The notes: generated from the letters alone by a model not told the origin. Numbered from the stretch's first letter, positions 41,672 through 54,844 are shown. The stretch is 64,000 bases of DNA from Eledone cirrhosa (GCA_964016885.1 OZ024743.1:289044001-289108000); one strand, 5' to 3'. Translations and numbers: made by a program.

Positions 41672-43426
41672 CACCGTGTCACAAAAAAATGTTTTTTCTC
41701 TGTTCCTGGCTTGTAATCACTTTTTTTGTCTTGCTTAGGTCCCAAATGAATAAAAAAAGTGCAATTAAACAGTTAAAAGTTTGGGTTTGTAAAAATTCTA
41801 AGCTATTCACTAGAATTATTTGTATGCTGGATTTTACGTTGTATGTAAGTTTAACTTGCTTATGTTAAATGATTTTTTTTATATATGTTTCAGGTTAAAT
41901 TAAAATTATAAAATAAAGAGTAATACCTACAGAAAATTATAAAAGTGCAATGAAGTATAAAATTGTTAGAAAGTGGATTAAAGTGATTTATTGATACTAG
42001 ATTTCCTCACCCTGAATAAAGGGTAGGTTGTGTTTTAAGCATTCGACTCCAGGATGAAGCAGTGGAACTTGGTCAAGGAGGAACTGCAGGTGACAAGTCA
42101 GAGAAGTCGAAATGAACCTTTCTCAGGCTTTTACACTCTTAGGGATGGCCTCTGCTTCTGCCATGGCGTGCCTGGACTGTTTGACGTTATTGGGGTGCCG
42201 TTTGTGCCCAAGGAGTGGCGGCTATTTATAGACAGCTCCACCACAAGTTTGAAGGCTGTCCTCCTCCACAATGGAAACAAGTTCCCCACACTGCCCCTAG
42301 CTCATTCAGTCCGTCTGAACTGTCTGAAGCAAGATTACTACAGTGTGAAAGTCCTCTTGGAAGCTCTGCAATACAACCAGTACAATTGGGAAATCATTGG
42401 AGACTTCAAGATGGTGGCTTTCCTGCTTGGACTCCAAGGAGGCTTTATCAAATTCCAATGCTTCCTCTGCCTTTGGGACAGCAGAGCCACCTCTGACCAC
42501 TACAAAGGAAAGAACTGGGAGCAGCCAACAGAATTTGTAGTTGGGATCCGGAACGTCATGTGGGAGCCACTGGTTTATCCCAGGATTGTGCTCATGCCGC
42601 CACTGCACATTAAGTTGGGGTTGATGAAGCAGTTTGTGAAGGCTCTCAACCAAGAATCAACCGCTTTTAAGTACCTTCTTGAGTTCTTCCCAAAGTTATC
42701 TGAGGCCAAAATCAAAGGTGGAATTTTTGTTGGACCTCAAATAAAGGTGGTGTTTGAGTCTACCGAGTTCTCCAATAAGCTCAATAGAATTGAGAGAACA
42801 GCATGGAACTGTTTCAAGGCAGTTGTTAAGGGCTTCCTGGGCAACTACAGAGCTGAAAACTACCAGCAACTGTTGCAGGATCTGATAAAGGCTTTTGGCG
42901 CCATGGGATGCAGGATGTCGCTTAAACTCCATATGCTGGACGCTCACCTGGAAAGATTCAAGGACAATATTGGCGCCTACTCAGAAGAACAAGGCGAACG
43001 ATTCCACCAAGATGCGAAAGAGATAGAGCGGAGGTACCAGGGCCACTACCATGAAAAAGTGATGGGGGACTATATCTTGGGGCTAGTGCGGGAATGCGAC
43101 CTGGACTACAACCACAAATCCAGGAAATCCAGTCATTTCTGACGTGTATAAGTTGATTTTTAAGTGTTATTTGTTTTTACTTGTTTGCTTTTGATAATCT
43201 TGTGTAATAAAATAAATATATACTCTGTTGATTTAATTATATGAACTGATAAATTTAAAAAAAATGTGTTTTTTCTTGAAAAATATGAAAATTTCGAAAT
43301 ATCAAACTCCTGACCACAAACCCAAACTTCTGATTAAATAATAGTGTTTTTTTAAAATAATAATGGGATATAACAAACCATGAAATGACACTTAGAACCG
43401 GGGAACAAAAAATATGTTACACGGTG
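41672..43426 (+). mobile_element. Chapaev3-like (CMC superfamily) DNA transposon, internally deleted
   Basis: Termini CACCGTGT...ACACGGTG with looser subterminal inverted match; contains a transposase ORF. Confidence 0.8.
42054..43142 (+). CDS. Chapaev3-like transposase catalytic region (N-terminus missing)
   Basis: WRLFIDSS..SLKAVLLHNGN; GDFKMV..LGLQGG..CFLCLWDSRA; PPLHIKLGLMKQFVKAL; MSLKLH.L..H; SEEQGERFHQD..ERRYQG. Confidence 0.85.
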   Translation: MKQWNLVKEELQVTSQRSRNEPFSGFYTLRDGLCFCHGVPGLFDVIGVPFVPKEWRLFIDSSTTSLKAVLLHNGNKFPTLPLAHSVRLNCLKQDYYSVKVLLEALQYNQYNWEIIGDFKMVAFLLGLQGGFIKFQCFLCLWDSRATSDHYKGKNWEQPTEFVVGIRNVMWEPLVYPRIVLMPPLHIKLGLMKQFVKALNQESTAFKYLLEFFPKLSEAKIKGGIFVGPQIKVVFESTEFSNKLNRIERTAWNCFKAVVKGFLGNYRAENYQQLLQDLIKAFGAMGCRMSLKLHMLDAHLERFKDNIGAYSEEQGERFHQDAKEIERRYQGHYHEKVMGDYILGLVRECDLDYNHKSRKSSHF

Positions 43427-44799
43427 GAGAATAGCATCAGTTCTGTCTTGGGCTATCTCATATTTTCTTCAGTAGTATACAAGTGAGGAGTGAAATAATT
43501 CGGGATTATTTTCCTCCAACTACTTCAAAATTTATGAACTAATGCTATCAATACCCAGGGTTTTATTGTTATTGATTTCCTTTACAGTTGGTACAGCAGA
43601 TATTTCTTTGGCAACAGGAGAGTCAACCATTACTTCAACTATTCTCATATTTACATTTTATCTTCAATTGAGAAGATCAGAATAGTGAGGAATCTTTTGC
43701 ATTTGTATGGATGTGACAAAGGGTTGTTTACTATACATATATCTCTTAGGGCCAAAAGCCTTTTTGACAAAAGTGAAGAAGACTTGTGTATCTTTACATT
43801 CTATAGTAGACTGCGCGTTTCTTTGCCTTTTGGTGCCATTATTTATCTTTCACTAGATTTTTGATTTAATAGATTTATATCAAGTCTCGATTAACATTAC
43901 TTGACCGACTTAGAATTGTTTCCTTACGTGTTGCTTTTCACGAAGAAGATTAAGTATATTAATTGTCATTGTAAATAAACCATTCTGCAACTTTCTTATA
44001 TCTCTTATCTAAAGTGAAAGATGCAGCATTATAGAGTTGTAATTTGAAATTCTCCGATGGACTTTCTTGTTCATGTGAGACATCACTTACTGTATTACGG
44101 ATGTTTTGCAGTAAAGTCGGGAATTAAGGTCTGTTATGTTAATTCGCTTTGGTACGCTAGAGCTTTACTTTTTAATTTTGTGCTGGATTTAAAAATTAAA
44201 CTTCTCTCCCATTAGCCTATGGTTTATTCAGCATTCTGGTCATCTCATTGCTCCGATACTGCGGACATACTTTCAATCTGATTGCGTACAACCTACAGAG
44301 TCAATAAAATTCCAGTGCATCCAGGTTGTTTTATATTTATTTCATTTTGCTGAAAGAAAATGCTTGATAACACAAGCCAATGTTCAAATGAAAGAGTAAG
44401 TGGTGAAACACAATTTCGGTTACATTTTTCTACACCATGTTTATCGAAGCCTGGGAAGGTCATGAAATCAAATCCAAGCGACGAGTTGAAATCACATATA
44501 ATTATGAACTTATCAGCAACTAGCACATTTTTTTAAAATTCTCCAAGTTCGTTGTAGACTTGTTTAACATATGATTCTGTCTGTGACATTGCGTGAGCGT
44601 AAACACTTATTATTTTTCATATGTAAACGACACGGCATAATAAGTTCCTATGAAGCACTGGGATAATTTTCAAAAGATGAGATGAGAGTTACTAACTGCT
44701 AAGCCAAAACCTGATTTCTTGTTTGAACTTTGCAAACACTTAGCCAAACGAAAGTGTAACCAACTCGACTTTCATCCTGACCGCCCTATGTAGGAATGT

Positions 44800-44880
<81 letters not shown>

Positions 44881-45354
44881 ATTATAACTAATGAATATGT
44901 TTTAAACTCGTGGGCGATTTGAGTGAATTGTCTCTTTGGTCTGTGAATAAAATTGTCAACTAGATTACGTAAAATCTAACAAACAAATTTCGTGACCATA
45001 AGCGATTTCATTGGTGTGAATACGGAATGACAAGACCAAGAACTGCAAGGACCTTAGACTTTTATTCCAGAGTTTACCATCTTCTAGACAAGTTGCCTTA
45101 ACCAAACTATTCAGGCCAAGATCACTAAAAGCACGGCCCCTGTACACTCATCAATAAGAGACTTACATTATATCAGTTATAAAATAATTATATACAATAG
45201 AAATAAAAAAATATAATATACAATATATATATAACGAATACAAAATAAAATGTTAAAAGTAAAAAAGTTGAAAGATTAAACATTATATACACACCAACAA
45301 TCACACACAAAAACACAAACACATACATGTATATACACATATATACACACAATT

Positions 45355-45545
45355 AGATGGCCGTTAACAGTCACGAATTTCTCGGCTCTTTGACGAGTTT
45401 TGGTTTTCATCCCGCAGAGTGTCTAAATATTACCTTTCTCACTAAGTAAGCATTGTCGAATTGTCGGTTTAGTGGGTGTCAGCCCGACCATGCAACAGGT
45501 TGTACTGGGTTACATGCGACCAGTAGCATTCGAGAGCAATCTCAC
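45355..45545 (-). mobile_element. Non-autonomous RTE derivative, 5' portion, diverged
   Basis: Reverse complement matches CTCTCGAGTGCTACTGGTAACATGTAACCCA..CATGGTCGGG of 45831-46020. Confidence 0.7.
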
Positions 45546-45830
45546 ACACACACATACACACACACACACACGCAAACACACACACACACACACTCATACA
45601 TACACACACACATACACAAACACATACATATACACGCACCCATACACACACCCCCATACATACACACACATACACACACATACACACATACACGCACACA
45701 TACACACACATACACACACACATACACACACATACACACACACGCACACACATACACACACACACACACACACAGAGACACACACACATATAAACATATG
45801 TATGTATGTGTGTCACACTTATGTATGTAT

Positions 45831-46358
45831 GTCAGGTCACTCTCGAGTGCTACTGGTAACATGTAACCCAATACAACTTGTCTCATGGTCGGGTCGTCGG
45901 CGATTAAACTGGCAACCCCACCAAGCTTGCTTGGTGAGGAGGGTGATATTTGGACACCATGCGGGATGAAATACAAGACCCGGCGAAGGGCAGAGGAACT
46001 CAGCAGAATCAAAGGCCATCCAAATAGTATTTTCTTTTCCCCTGGGAGTGAAAGGCCCCCAGTTGTTGTCACAACACCTTTCTTCAATGAGAGGGAAACT
46101 CTAAAAAAAAAACCCTGCGGCTTCGGAAGCATACGATGATGTTGACCAGTTCTCCTTTTCGGGTAGTGTTTTCGATGCTCTGAAAGTGGGATTGGTCGAG
46201 TGCAAGGCCTTTCTCCACTTAAAAAACTTTCAAAGCACAGGCATTGCTTGTTCAGGATATGTTACAGGTTCGTGTGGCTGGCCGTAGCCTAAAAGTGCAC
46301 CATTTTCTGTAATCTGACAAGCGATTGCTATACTGTTAGCAGAGTTTGTAACCGTCAT
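45831..46358 (+). mobile_element. Non-autonomous RTE derivative, diverged copy 3
   Basis: Starts GTCAGGTCAC after (ATGT)n; shares GGCAACCCCACCAAG..CTTGGTGAGGAGGGTG and GCACAGGCATTGC. Confidence 0.75.
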
Positions 46359-46546
46359 ATGTGTGTGTATGTATGTGTGTATATAAATATGTGTGTGTGT
46401 AAGTGTGTGTGTATGTGTGGACACATGTCTGACTTTCTGCAAGAGAGGGTGAAGAGGGTGAACAACAGTAACATACCATAATTGTTGGATGAGAACAGGA
46501 TGAAGAAGTATTCACTGTAATAAAGAAGACTGACCCAAAATGGCAA

Positions 46547-46762
46547 GGAGTTTAGGAAGTATCATTTGAAATATTACTGCTTGTTTTTCAACATGAAGAT
46601 ATCCGATCTTGTATTGTGGGATAAGGAAAGGAATGCGATATATATGGTAGATACTACTGTTCTTGGGAGGCGAATATCAATGATGCATTTTGCAGAAAGA
46701 CTAGGAACTACAGTGACCTGTTTGAACCCTGTGCACCGAGTGGATAGAAAGCATCCTGACTC
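46547..46762 (+). repeat. Duplicated ~210-bp restriction-like endonuclease (RLE) LINE remnant, copy 1
   Basis: DLVLWDKERNAIYMVDTTV then, after a frameshift, WEANINDAFCRKTRNYSDL; duplicated at 48386-48594. Confidence 0.7.
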
Positions 46763-47464
46763 CCCGTAGAAATTTGTACCAGAGGATTTTTCAGAACCAG
46801 GCTTGACTAGCTGTTCCGGGCCTTGTACTAGTGACAAAGGAACGGAAATACTAGAGGGCGACATCAAAGGGAGCTGAGAAAGAGTGTCACTACATCTGAC
46901 ACAATAGAGACGGGAATATTGAGGGTGTCGGGAATATTGAGCTGGATGGAATCGTCTCACTCGGAGTCACATCAAGCTCATCGAATTTCCTACATCGTTA
47001 CCTTAGTCAAATAGCTTTGGTGCCGTGATGGAATGAACTGAAATAACTACATAGTTACTTGACCACCTGATGAAACATAGACTCTTTCATTCGTAAATGA
47101 AGAAAAGCAGCCCCTTCAGCGCACAACTATATTTACCAAGCATTTTTTGTGGATATAGAATCACAGTATAGTTAAGGAGTTCACATCGGAATCATTGGGT
47201 CTCGGATTCGATCACACTGCATACCAGTCTCGACAAGTGTCATTTACCGATTCAATAGGCTAGCCTCAAAATATATTATGTCATATTAAATCCCACAGAG
47301 AATAGTTAAAGTTATATGTATCATTTGAATAATCAACTACTTACGCTTAATCTCATGAGCAAGCAGTTCCAAGTGTCTGACCGCCGGTGGTCCGTTCCGT
47401 ATGTATAAACGAAAGTATTTAGTTTTGTATATATACATAGAAGCACATACATACACAGACACAC

Positions 47465-47501
<37 letters not shown>

Positions 47502-48385
47502 CTTTATGTATACATATGCGGGACAGTGTTTATATAGGTGTGCGTGTGGGCTGTATATTTTTATGATTTCTTGTTTATTTCGCAGTTAATATAATTGAAT
47601 TTGCAAACGCTATTTAATATCACTTTATAAAACAACAGTTAAAAACGCTCTCCCCTTGCGCATTTCACTCAATTGTTGAACTGTTGTGACAGCAAGGCGG
47701 ATTCTCCATTAATGTCACTCTTATGTTTTGAAAAGACCCGGATATTTGTTATTTCTGTTGATCAGCTGATACGTAGCTCTCATGGTTGCAATAAAAAAAC
47801 ATTGTGAGTTATGGTTATGCTTTCTTGTAGTTGTTGAATTGTTATCGTGTTTGTTGATAATAATGCTGTTAAAATGATGCGTAACATCGGAATAACGGTA
47901 AAACGGCTGGTTCAATAAAACGGTCGTAATTGTTGTTGTAGTTGTTGTCCTCGTTCTTTAGCCCCGGTTTAAGCCAGTAGTAACAAACATTCGATGAGAG
48001 TAGGAATTCTAGTTGTATCTATCCCATCTTTGAGACTAAAATATCTCGTGTTCTTCCGTTTTATGAGTGACATTTGCTTGCTGTTTCTAGCAAGTGTCCC
48101 AAAGGTATGTGTGTTAAATCTGGAAGTTAGCCAAATCCTTATGTGGAAGCCATTTCTAAGTGAAAGGCAGTCAACGTTATTATGTTTTGTAGACCTAGTA
48201 TATCAACCTCTTTAATACAATTACTTTGAATTTGAAAAGAGGAACCTATCCTTCTCTGAGCCTATATACAACTTCATGAGGTTTTGACAATGAAGACGCA
48301 ATAGTGAGTGTAAAGTAGTTGCGGAAACACGGAAAATAAAAGAAGAAAGAAACACAAGAAATACAGATGATCCAGATCTAAAGCT

Positions 48386-48594
48386 GGAGTTTAGGAAGTA
48401 TCATTTGAACTAGATGGCAAATATTACTGCTTGTTTTTCAACATGAAGATATCCGATCTTGTATTGTGGGATAAGGAAAGGAATGCGATATATATTGGGA
48501 GGCGAATATCAATGATGCATTTTGCAGAAAGACTAGGAACTACAGTGACCTGTTTGAACCCTGTGCACCGAGTGGATAGAAAGCATCCTGACTC
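48386..48594 (+). repeat. Duplicated RLE remnant, copy 2
   Basis: Identical to copy 1 except for an 11-bp insertion and an 18-bp deletion. Confidence 0.8.
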
Positions 48595-50899
48595 TTCACA
48601 AGAAAGCGAATTCCATGAAAAAGCAAAATCAAAGCAAAATCAAAAGCAAATTCTCAATCGTTCGATGTATAAACCACTACATTAGAAACAGGCTATTCCA
48701 TTCATCGAAACTGATATAGAATAATTGAAATAACTTGATACATTAGACATATATGTTGAAGGTGTCTTTATTATTATCCAACGTATCTCCTAGACTCTGC
48801 GATTTATATAGTAAAACAAGGAGTCCTAATAAGAAGAAACAAGTAGAATGTACTGTGTGACTGGCTAATTTTACTAACCATGCAAATAATGGTACAGCAA
48901 TGTAGGAAGAGTTGCTAAATAATTTTTAAATTAATAAAACTATATTAAGTGCAGAATATATCTAGTGTCTTAAAACATAAGGTTATAGAGAGAAAACAGT
49001 TTAAGAGATAGTGAGGTACATGCATTTTGTATATATTTCTTTTGCTTTATATTTTGCATGTTAGCTTGAATCCATTCACTTTGAAAAACTCATATCCGTA
49101 AGTTATGAACACTTCTCGTAAGTTCAACATAATTTCACTAAACCTTTGAATAATTTTAAAAGGCTAAAGGAGTGATGCCGTGGCTATAATGGTTATATGG
49201 TATTGATATATTTATGTTTGTCACAGTACTGTTGTCTATATGTTGATCAATATGCAACGCCCATGTTACTTATCTGGAAGATTTCTTAAAAAAATTATTC
49301 TGATGCTTACTTTAACACGTTCCGAATGATCATTTGTATTGTTGATGTTTCTAAATATACTCTACAATCTTTTCCTGCTAGCATTGTGTTTTATAATTAA
49401 CCAGCTTTCTGTTTTTCATTTATCCATATCGATATATCTATATCTACAATAGCTTATAAATATATATATATCATATATTTATAAGTTATTGTCTTCATTA
49501 GTGCATAGAAGTTAAGACTATTTCAGTTGTGCGTGGTTTTGTTGTAGTGTGTTTAAGGCTGTCTCTGTTTTTAATAAAGTTCTGAATTTTTGATCTTGTA
49601 CAATTGGAGTTGTAGTTTTTAGGTTTGATAATCAAATATAATTTTGCTGCACCTATTTTATTAAATAGACATCCTGCAGTATCTCTGTGGGTAATTGTCG
49701 TGTTGTTGGAACTTTGTTGGTTTTGCTTTTTGGAAATTTGTAGATATACATTGCTTTCTTTATTGATATGAGAGTGTTTTGTGGTCCTAAAAATGTTGGT
49801 GAATTTCTTGCTAACTGGATGGGGTAGATAGGCATCGGGAGCAAAACGTGATATCTTGGGAAAACCTGTTGGAGATGATGTGGTGAGGTATCTGTGTTAA
49901 CGTAGATTGATTAGGATATAATGGGAGCCTAGTTGCAATAATATTGCGTCGCCTTGTTAGCTTTAGTGTCGAATATAGTTTGGGATATTTTTATAATGCA
50001 TGCAAGTTTGTTATGCATGTTGCCAGACAAACCTATTTAGAAAGCTTCTATTTACCACAATCTAAATATAACTTTGAATGAAAGAGTTCTTTGTTGAGAC
50101 GATAAGATCGTTTCCTGAAATATTGCCTATATGGATGCCGTAGATGGTGACATTTTTATTTCCATAATGATGTTTTCAATACCGCTAATGTGTATTGCAG
50201 AACGTTTAGATATTTTGTAACATACACATTTTTCATTTTGATATGTGGTGTTTATTTCCAAACAGATTCTGTGTAAATCTATAAATTCAAGATGTTGTAA
50301 AAGACTACGTTACTTGTCGATTTTCTTGACGGCGTTTCTCTCAATGTTATGGATATTACACTATAAATTCATTATGTTATTGAAACATTCGTAAACGGTA
50401 ATTTTTGTATTGTTTATAAAACTCACACATTTAACGCTTTTTATAGCTCAATTGTTCAGGTCGTGGATATTGTCTTTCCTTGATGGCGTTCGCAATTGTT
50501 GACAAAAGTATGTAAGTTTGTCGGAAAATATATATCCCAATCGGCATTCAAGCTGTGCACATTCTGTCTTCGTTTGTTCCATATTACATTCAGTATTATT
50601 GTATTCAATAAATCTATCTCTCTTTATGGTTGCAGAATTGTATGTGGGGAAGATTACATACCTCCAAATGTTAAACTGACAACCACTGTTGTCGTATTCT
50701 GTATGTATGGTTTAGTTGTGTTATATTTAACTTCTTTGTAGAATTTAAGTTGTTCATCAAAATCACAAGCCACTTTTCTTGGAGTCCAGGCAGTTTCTGT
50801 AAACATGTGAGTGAATAAATATGTGGATATATGTAGGTACTTGCACTCATCTTAGTAGTTTACATGTTTTTCTCGAAGAATTTGTTTTTTGTCTATACA

Positions 50900-51940
50900 T
50901 GATAGTAAGAAGTAATGGCCGTTTTGTGAAACAACCAGTGAGCAAATTCATAGTCCGTGTCCTCTTCTTAACTACAAGGCAGCCCTATCTAGGCTGGCAC
51001 TGCGTTCCCGGAAACGGGAGGGAGCTAGAGAATGTGTTTCAGATGACTCGGTTTCTATTTTTCGATCGAAATAATACAAGAAATAATCACTACTCCAGAA
51101 ACGACGGCTTGTAATGTACGTACATGGCAACACCCAAAAAACAACAAGAGCGGAGAACAGCCTTTGTTGCACGTGCTTTGAAAGAAAAATGCATCGACAT
51201 TGCTGCCTTTTCAGAAACAAGACTTCCAGTCTCTGGTCAGTTTCAGGAAATAAAAGGTAGTTACACCTTCTTTTGGATTGGCAAACCTGAAACTGAAAAA
51301 CTAGAATTTGGATTAGGCTTTGCCATTAGAATTTGCATTGCAAACAATCTTGAATCATTGCCAACAGACATAAATGAGCATCATGCATTTACGACTTCCA
51401 GTTGGTAAAAGCAAACATATTACCTTGAATAGCTGCTATGCTCCAACCTTGAACTCTTCTGAGACTATGAAAAATAAGTTTTATTCTGATCTTCGTGAAC
51501 TTTTAAACCTTGAGCCAAGACATGAGAAGTTTATACTCTTGGGTGATTTCAATGCTAACGTTGGTTCACATTATTTTAATTGACAAAATTGTCTCGGTAA
51601 ACAAGGCATACGTATTGTCAAATCAAATAGGCTTTCTTTGCATTTCTTTTTCAGTGAATTTGGTCTCTGTATAACAAATAACTTGTTTCAACAGGACAAT
51701 AAATGTACCTGAAAGCTCCCTAGATCATATCATGGACTCGATTATGTAATGTGCACAGCCACGATAAAAGTCATATCACACTAAAACGGGCCTGTTCCCC
51801 AACAGAGTGTTAATCAGACCATGCTTTAGTGCGAAGTAGCGTGAACTTGAAGCTAAAGCCAGCGGTTAAACATAACCGGAAACAACCCCCATATAAATTG
51901 AATATCCTTAAGGTCAAAACTGATAGAAAAACCTTTTCGC
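50900..51940 (+). mobile_element. RTE LINE 5' part (APE endonuclease), decayed
   Basis: IDIAAFSETRL, GSYTFFWIG, CYAPT, FILLGDFNANVG, SDHALV; appears to resume at 55832-56300. Confidence 0.85.
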
Positions 51941-51942
51941 TT

Positions 51943-52020
<78 letters not shown>

Positions 52021-52031
52021 GTTATTGTTAT

Positions 52032-54795
52032 TCCTTGAATCTCAGTCATTGATGTTGGTTAACTGGAAAGTCCGTTGGATTGAATATCAAGCCACTACCT
52101 GCAGCCTCAGATATTCAGGACGTATCGGAGGGTTCTTGCCGTTCCAAGCAAGCATGCCTTTTGAAGCGTTCCAAAAAGCGTGAAGGGGCCGATTTTCTTT
52201 AACCATCCCTGGAAACCTTTGGAGATAGTCCCCAGTGCGCCTATGACAATCGGGATCACTTTGACTTCATGGCAGTTCCAAATCCTTTTCACCTCCCACT
52301 TTAGGTCCTGGTATCGGTTAATTTTCTCCCTCTCCTTCTCTTGCACTCTCGTGTCGAACGGGCAGGCCACATCCACAATCAGGCACGATCTTTTTTCTTT
52401 GTCCACAACCACCAGGTCAGGTCTATTGTGTTCCAGTTTTTTGTCCGTCTGTATCCTAAAATCCCACAGCACCTTCACCTGACTGTTCTCCATCACCGCC
52501 TCTGGCCTATGCTCATACCATTTCTCAGAATGTGGTAGATTGTTTACTTTGCACAGGTGCCAGTGGATCACCCTGCCCATCACATCGTGTCTCCAGCCCT
52601 TATAGTGGGTCTGGGCTAGGTGTTTACACTCGGACACAATGTGAGCCACAGTCTCCTCTCTCTCTCCACAGATCCTGCACAGTGGGCTAGCCTCCTCCTT
52701 GTAGATATGGTGCTTCAACCACTTCGTTTTGAGGGCCTGCTCCTGCGCAGCCATTAGCATTCCTTCTGTAGCCTTTTTGAGGTCTCCTCTTCTCAACCAG
52801 TTCCATGTCTGTGGATCTCTAAATTCAGTTTTCTCAAAGAAGGTACTATGAAGGGATTTTCCCTTAAGGCTGCTCTTCCTCCTTGATGTTATTTCCTCCT
52901 TGGATATCCCCTGGCCTACTGTCCCCTCCTTCAGTACAGCTCTGAGCATTGGCTCCTTACTATAGGTCACGTATTTGTATAGGTTGTTTTTCTCCATCTG
53001 AACACAGTCCTCTATGCTGATAAGACCTCTTCCACCCTCAGATCTCCTTAGGTAGAGTCTATCGACATCACTCCTCTTGTGGAACATGTTGTAGATAGTC
53101 AATAGCTTCCTAGTCTTCCTATCCATTTCTTTCTGTTCAGCAACATTCCATCTCAGAATTCCCGCACTGTACCTAATAATAGACACAGCTCGGGAATTTA
53201 CTGCGCTTATGGCATTTCTGCTGTTCAGATGTGACTTCAATACGCTCCTTACTCTCCGAATGTATTCAGTTCTTAACAATTCCTTCATTTTTTTGTTCTT
53301 TATGCCATCAGCCTCCAGAACGCCCAAATACTTGTATCCTTCCTCAGAGTCAATTTCCTTTATCATCTCACCTGTTGGTATCTGGATCCCGTTACTTCTG
53401 CTCAACCTACCCCTCTTCATCACAATGACTCCACATTTACCAATACCAAACTGCATACATATATCACTGCTGAAAATACGGACAGTGTCAACAAGCACAT
53501 CCAACTCCTTCTCACTTTTCCCGAAGAGCTTAAGATCGTCCATGAAGAGGAGGTGATTGATGGTAAGCTCTCCCCTTCCCAACTTGTATCCTGCTCTCAC
53601 TTTTCGCAGCATAATGGTCAAGGGCATCAGGGCAAGGACAAACAACAGAGGGGACAGGCTATCTCCCTGGAAGATACCTCTCTTGATCTTCACGCTTCCC
53701 AAGGATACTCCAGTTGATGTCAACTCTGTCTCCCAGGACCCCATACTCCTGCCTAGCAACTGTCTGATGTTATCTGCCACCCTGAAGATCTCCAGGCTTT
53801 TGGTGATACAGGAATGAGGCACCATGTCAAATGCCTTTCTGTAGTCTATCCATCCCATGGCAAGATCAGTGTGTCTCCTCCTGCAATTCCCCATTACCAT
53901 CTTATCAATAAGTAACTGGTCCTTTGTACCACGTGACTTCTTTCGGCATCCTTTCTGTTCGTCCGGTAACAAGTTGTTTGTGTGGAGGTGATGGTAGATT
54001 TCCTCAGACACAATGCTCGTCAACAGTTTCCACATTACGGACAGACATGTGATAGGTCTATAGTTGGTAACATTATTACCCTTGATTCGGTCTTTCATTA
54101 TCAGAACTGTGGTACCTTTTGTCAACCACTCTGGCACCTCACCCGACACCAAGCAGTCATTGAACATGGCCGTCAGCTTCGGGTGGAGGGATGTTAAATG
54201 TTTAATCCAATACCCCTGCACACCATCTGGGCCTGGTGATTTCCAGTTGGTTAATTTTTTGGCCTGCCCCTTAAGAGTTTCAACTGTGATACTCAAATCA
54301 GTTTGTTGTTGTGCCTGCTCACCGATCTCCCTCTGTACTGTCTCAATCCACCCTGCCTGGGCAGTGTGTCTAACATCCTGCTCCCATATTCCTCTCCAGA
54401 ATGTTTTAGTTTGCTCCGCCCCAGGGATCAAGTCGTTGCCTCTTTCTTTCCTCTCAAGCTGTCCAAACAGCATCTTCTGGTTGTTGTCGAACATGCGGTT
54501 CTGTTTATACTGACTGACTCTGTTCTCGTATCGCCTGATTTTTGCACTCTTTGCTACAATGCGTTGCTTCAGTTCCTCTATGATAATATTTAGCTTTTTC
54601 CTCCTAGTTTTGTATTTTATTTCCAGTCTATTTTTAGTGCCTATGTTTTTTAGTGTCCCATTCAGTAGTGACTCAAGCTTTCTTATGTCATTTCTCATTT
54701 CCCCGATTTGCCCACTCAGTCGCTTCTTCCACCACGGCTCTGCTCTTTCTTGTCTGTTGTTTCCTCTCGCTTTTATACCAAGTAGTTTCCTATTA

Positions 54796-54796
<1 letters not shown>
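52032..54796 (-). mobile_element. R4/Dong-clade non-LTR retrotransposon, 5'-truncated, inserted in (TAA)n
   Basis: (TTA)n at 51971-52031 and 54797-54843; open RT-CCHC-RLE frame; ~75-nt 3'UTR. Confidence 0.93.
52107..54698 (-). CDS. RT + CCHC zinc knuckle + restriction-like endonuclease
   Basis: 863 aa uninterrupted: KSPGPDG, NYRPITCL, WIDYRKAFD, GIFQGDSLSPLLF, HLLFMDDLKL, CRICGEREETVAHIVSEC, RHD, RPDLVV..IVDVACPFD, KINRY; frame stays open upstream (EPWWKKRL) to the truncation point. Confidence 0.95.
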   Translation of the reverse strand: MRNDIRKLESLLNGTLKNIGTKNRLEIKYKTRRKKLNIIIEELKQRIVAKSAKIRRYENRVSQYKQNRMFDNNQKMLFGQLERKERGNDLIPGAEQTKTFWRGIWEQDVRHTAQAGWIETVQREIGEQAQQQTDLSITVETLKGQAKKLTNWKSPGPDGVQGYWIKHLTSLHPKLTAMFNDCLVSGEVPEWLTKGTTVLIMKDRIKGNNVTNYRPITCLSVMWKLLTSIVSEEIYHHLHTNNLLPDEQKGCRKKSRGTKDQLLIDKMVMGNCRRRHTDLAMGWIDYRKAFDMVPHSCITKSLEIFRVADNIRQLLGRSMGSWETELTSTGVSLGSVKIKRGIFQGDSLSPLLFVLALMPLTIMLRKVRAGYKLGRGELTINHLLFMDDLKLFGKSEKELDVLVDTVRIFSSDICMQFGIGKCGVIVMKRGRLSRSNGIQIPTGEMIKEIDSEEGYKYLGVLEADGIKNKKMKELLRTEYIRRVRSVLKSHLNSRNAISAVNSRAVSIIRYSAGILRWNVAEQKEMDRKTRKLLTIYNMFHKRSDVDRLYLRRSEGGRGLISIEDCVQMEKNNLYKYVTYSKEPMLRAVLKEGTVGQGISKEEITSRRKSSLKGKSLHSTFFEKTEFRDPQTWNWLRRGDLKKATEGMLMAAQEQALKTKWLKHHIYKEEASPLCRICGEREETVAHIVSECKHLAQTHYKGWRHDVMGRVIHWHLCKVNNLPHSEKWYEHRPEAVMENSQVKVLWDFRIQTDKKLEHNRPDLVVVDKEKRSCLIVDVACPFDTRVQEKEREKINRYQDLKWEVKRIWNCHEVKVIPIVIGALGTISKGFQGWLKKIGPFTLFGTLQKACLLGTARTLRYVLNI

Positions 54797-54844
<48 letters not shown>

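Larger units (their letters stand above)
40540..45160 (-). mobile_element. Old RTE-clade LINE, interrupted by a DNA transposon and (GA)n
   Basis: Minus: 5'UTR motif CTAGAAGATGGTAAACTCTG (~45065-45087), APE motif DKFIIICDFN, CGNFRGIT, GVKQDDL, DLLYANDCDL; many stops. Confidence 0.8.

Noticed and set aside
47068-47100. Isolated CTGATGA hits (47068, 40660, 61646, ~18345 minus, ~9805 minus)
   Set aside because: No stem II/GAAA/stem III/stem I arrangement around them.
49500-50750. Possible minus-strand L2/Crack-like RT remnant
   Set aside because: Only vague motif resemblance; too decayed to support without a profile search.
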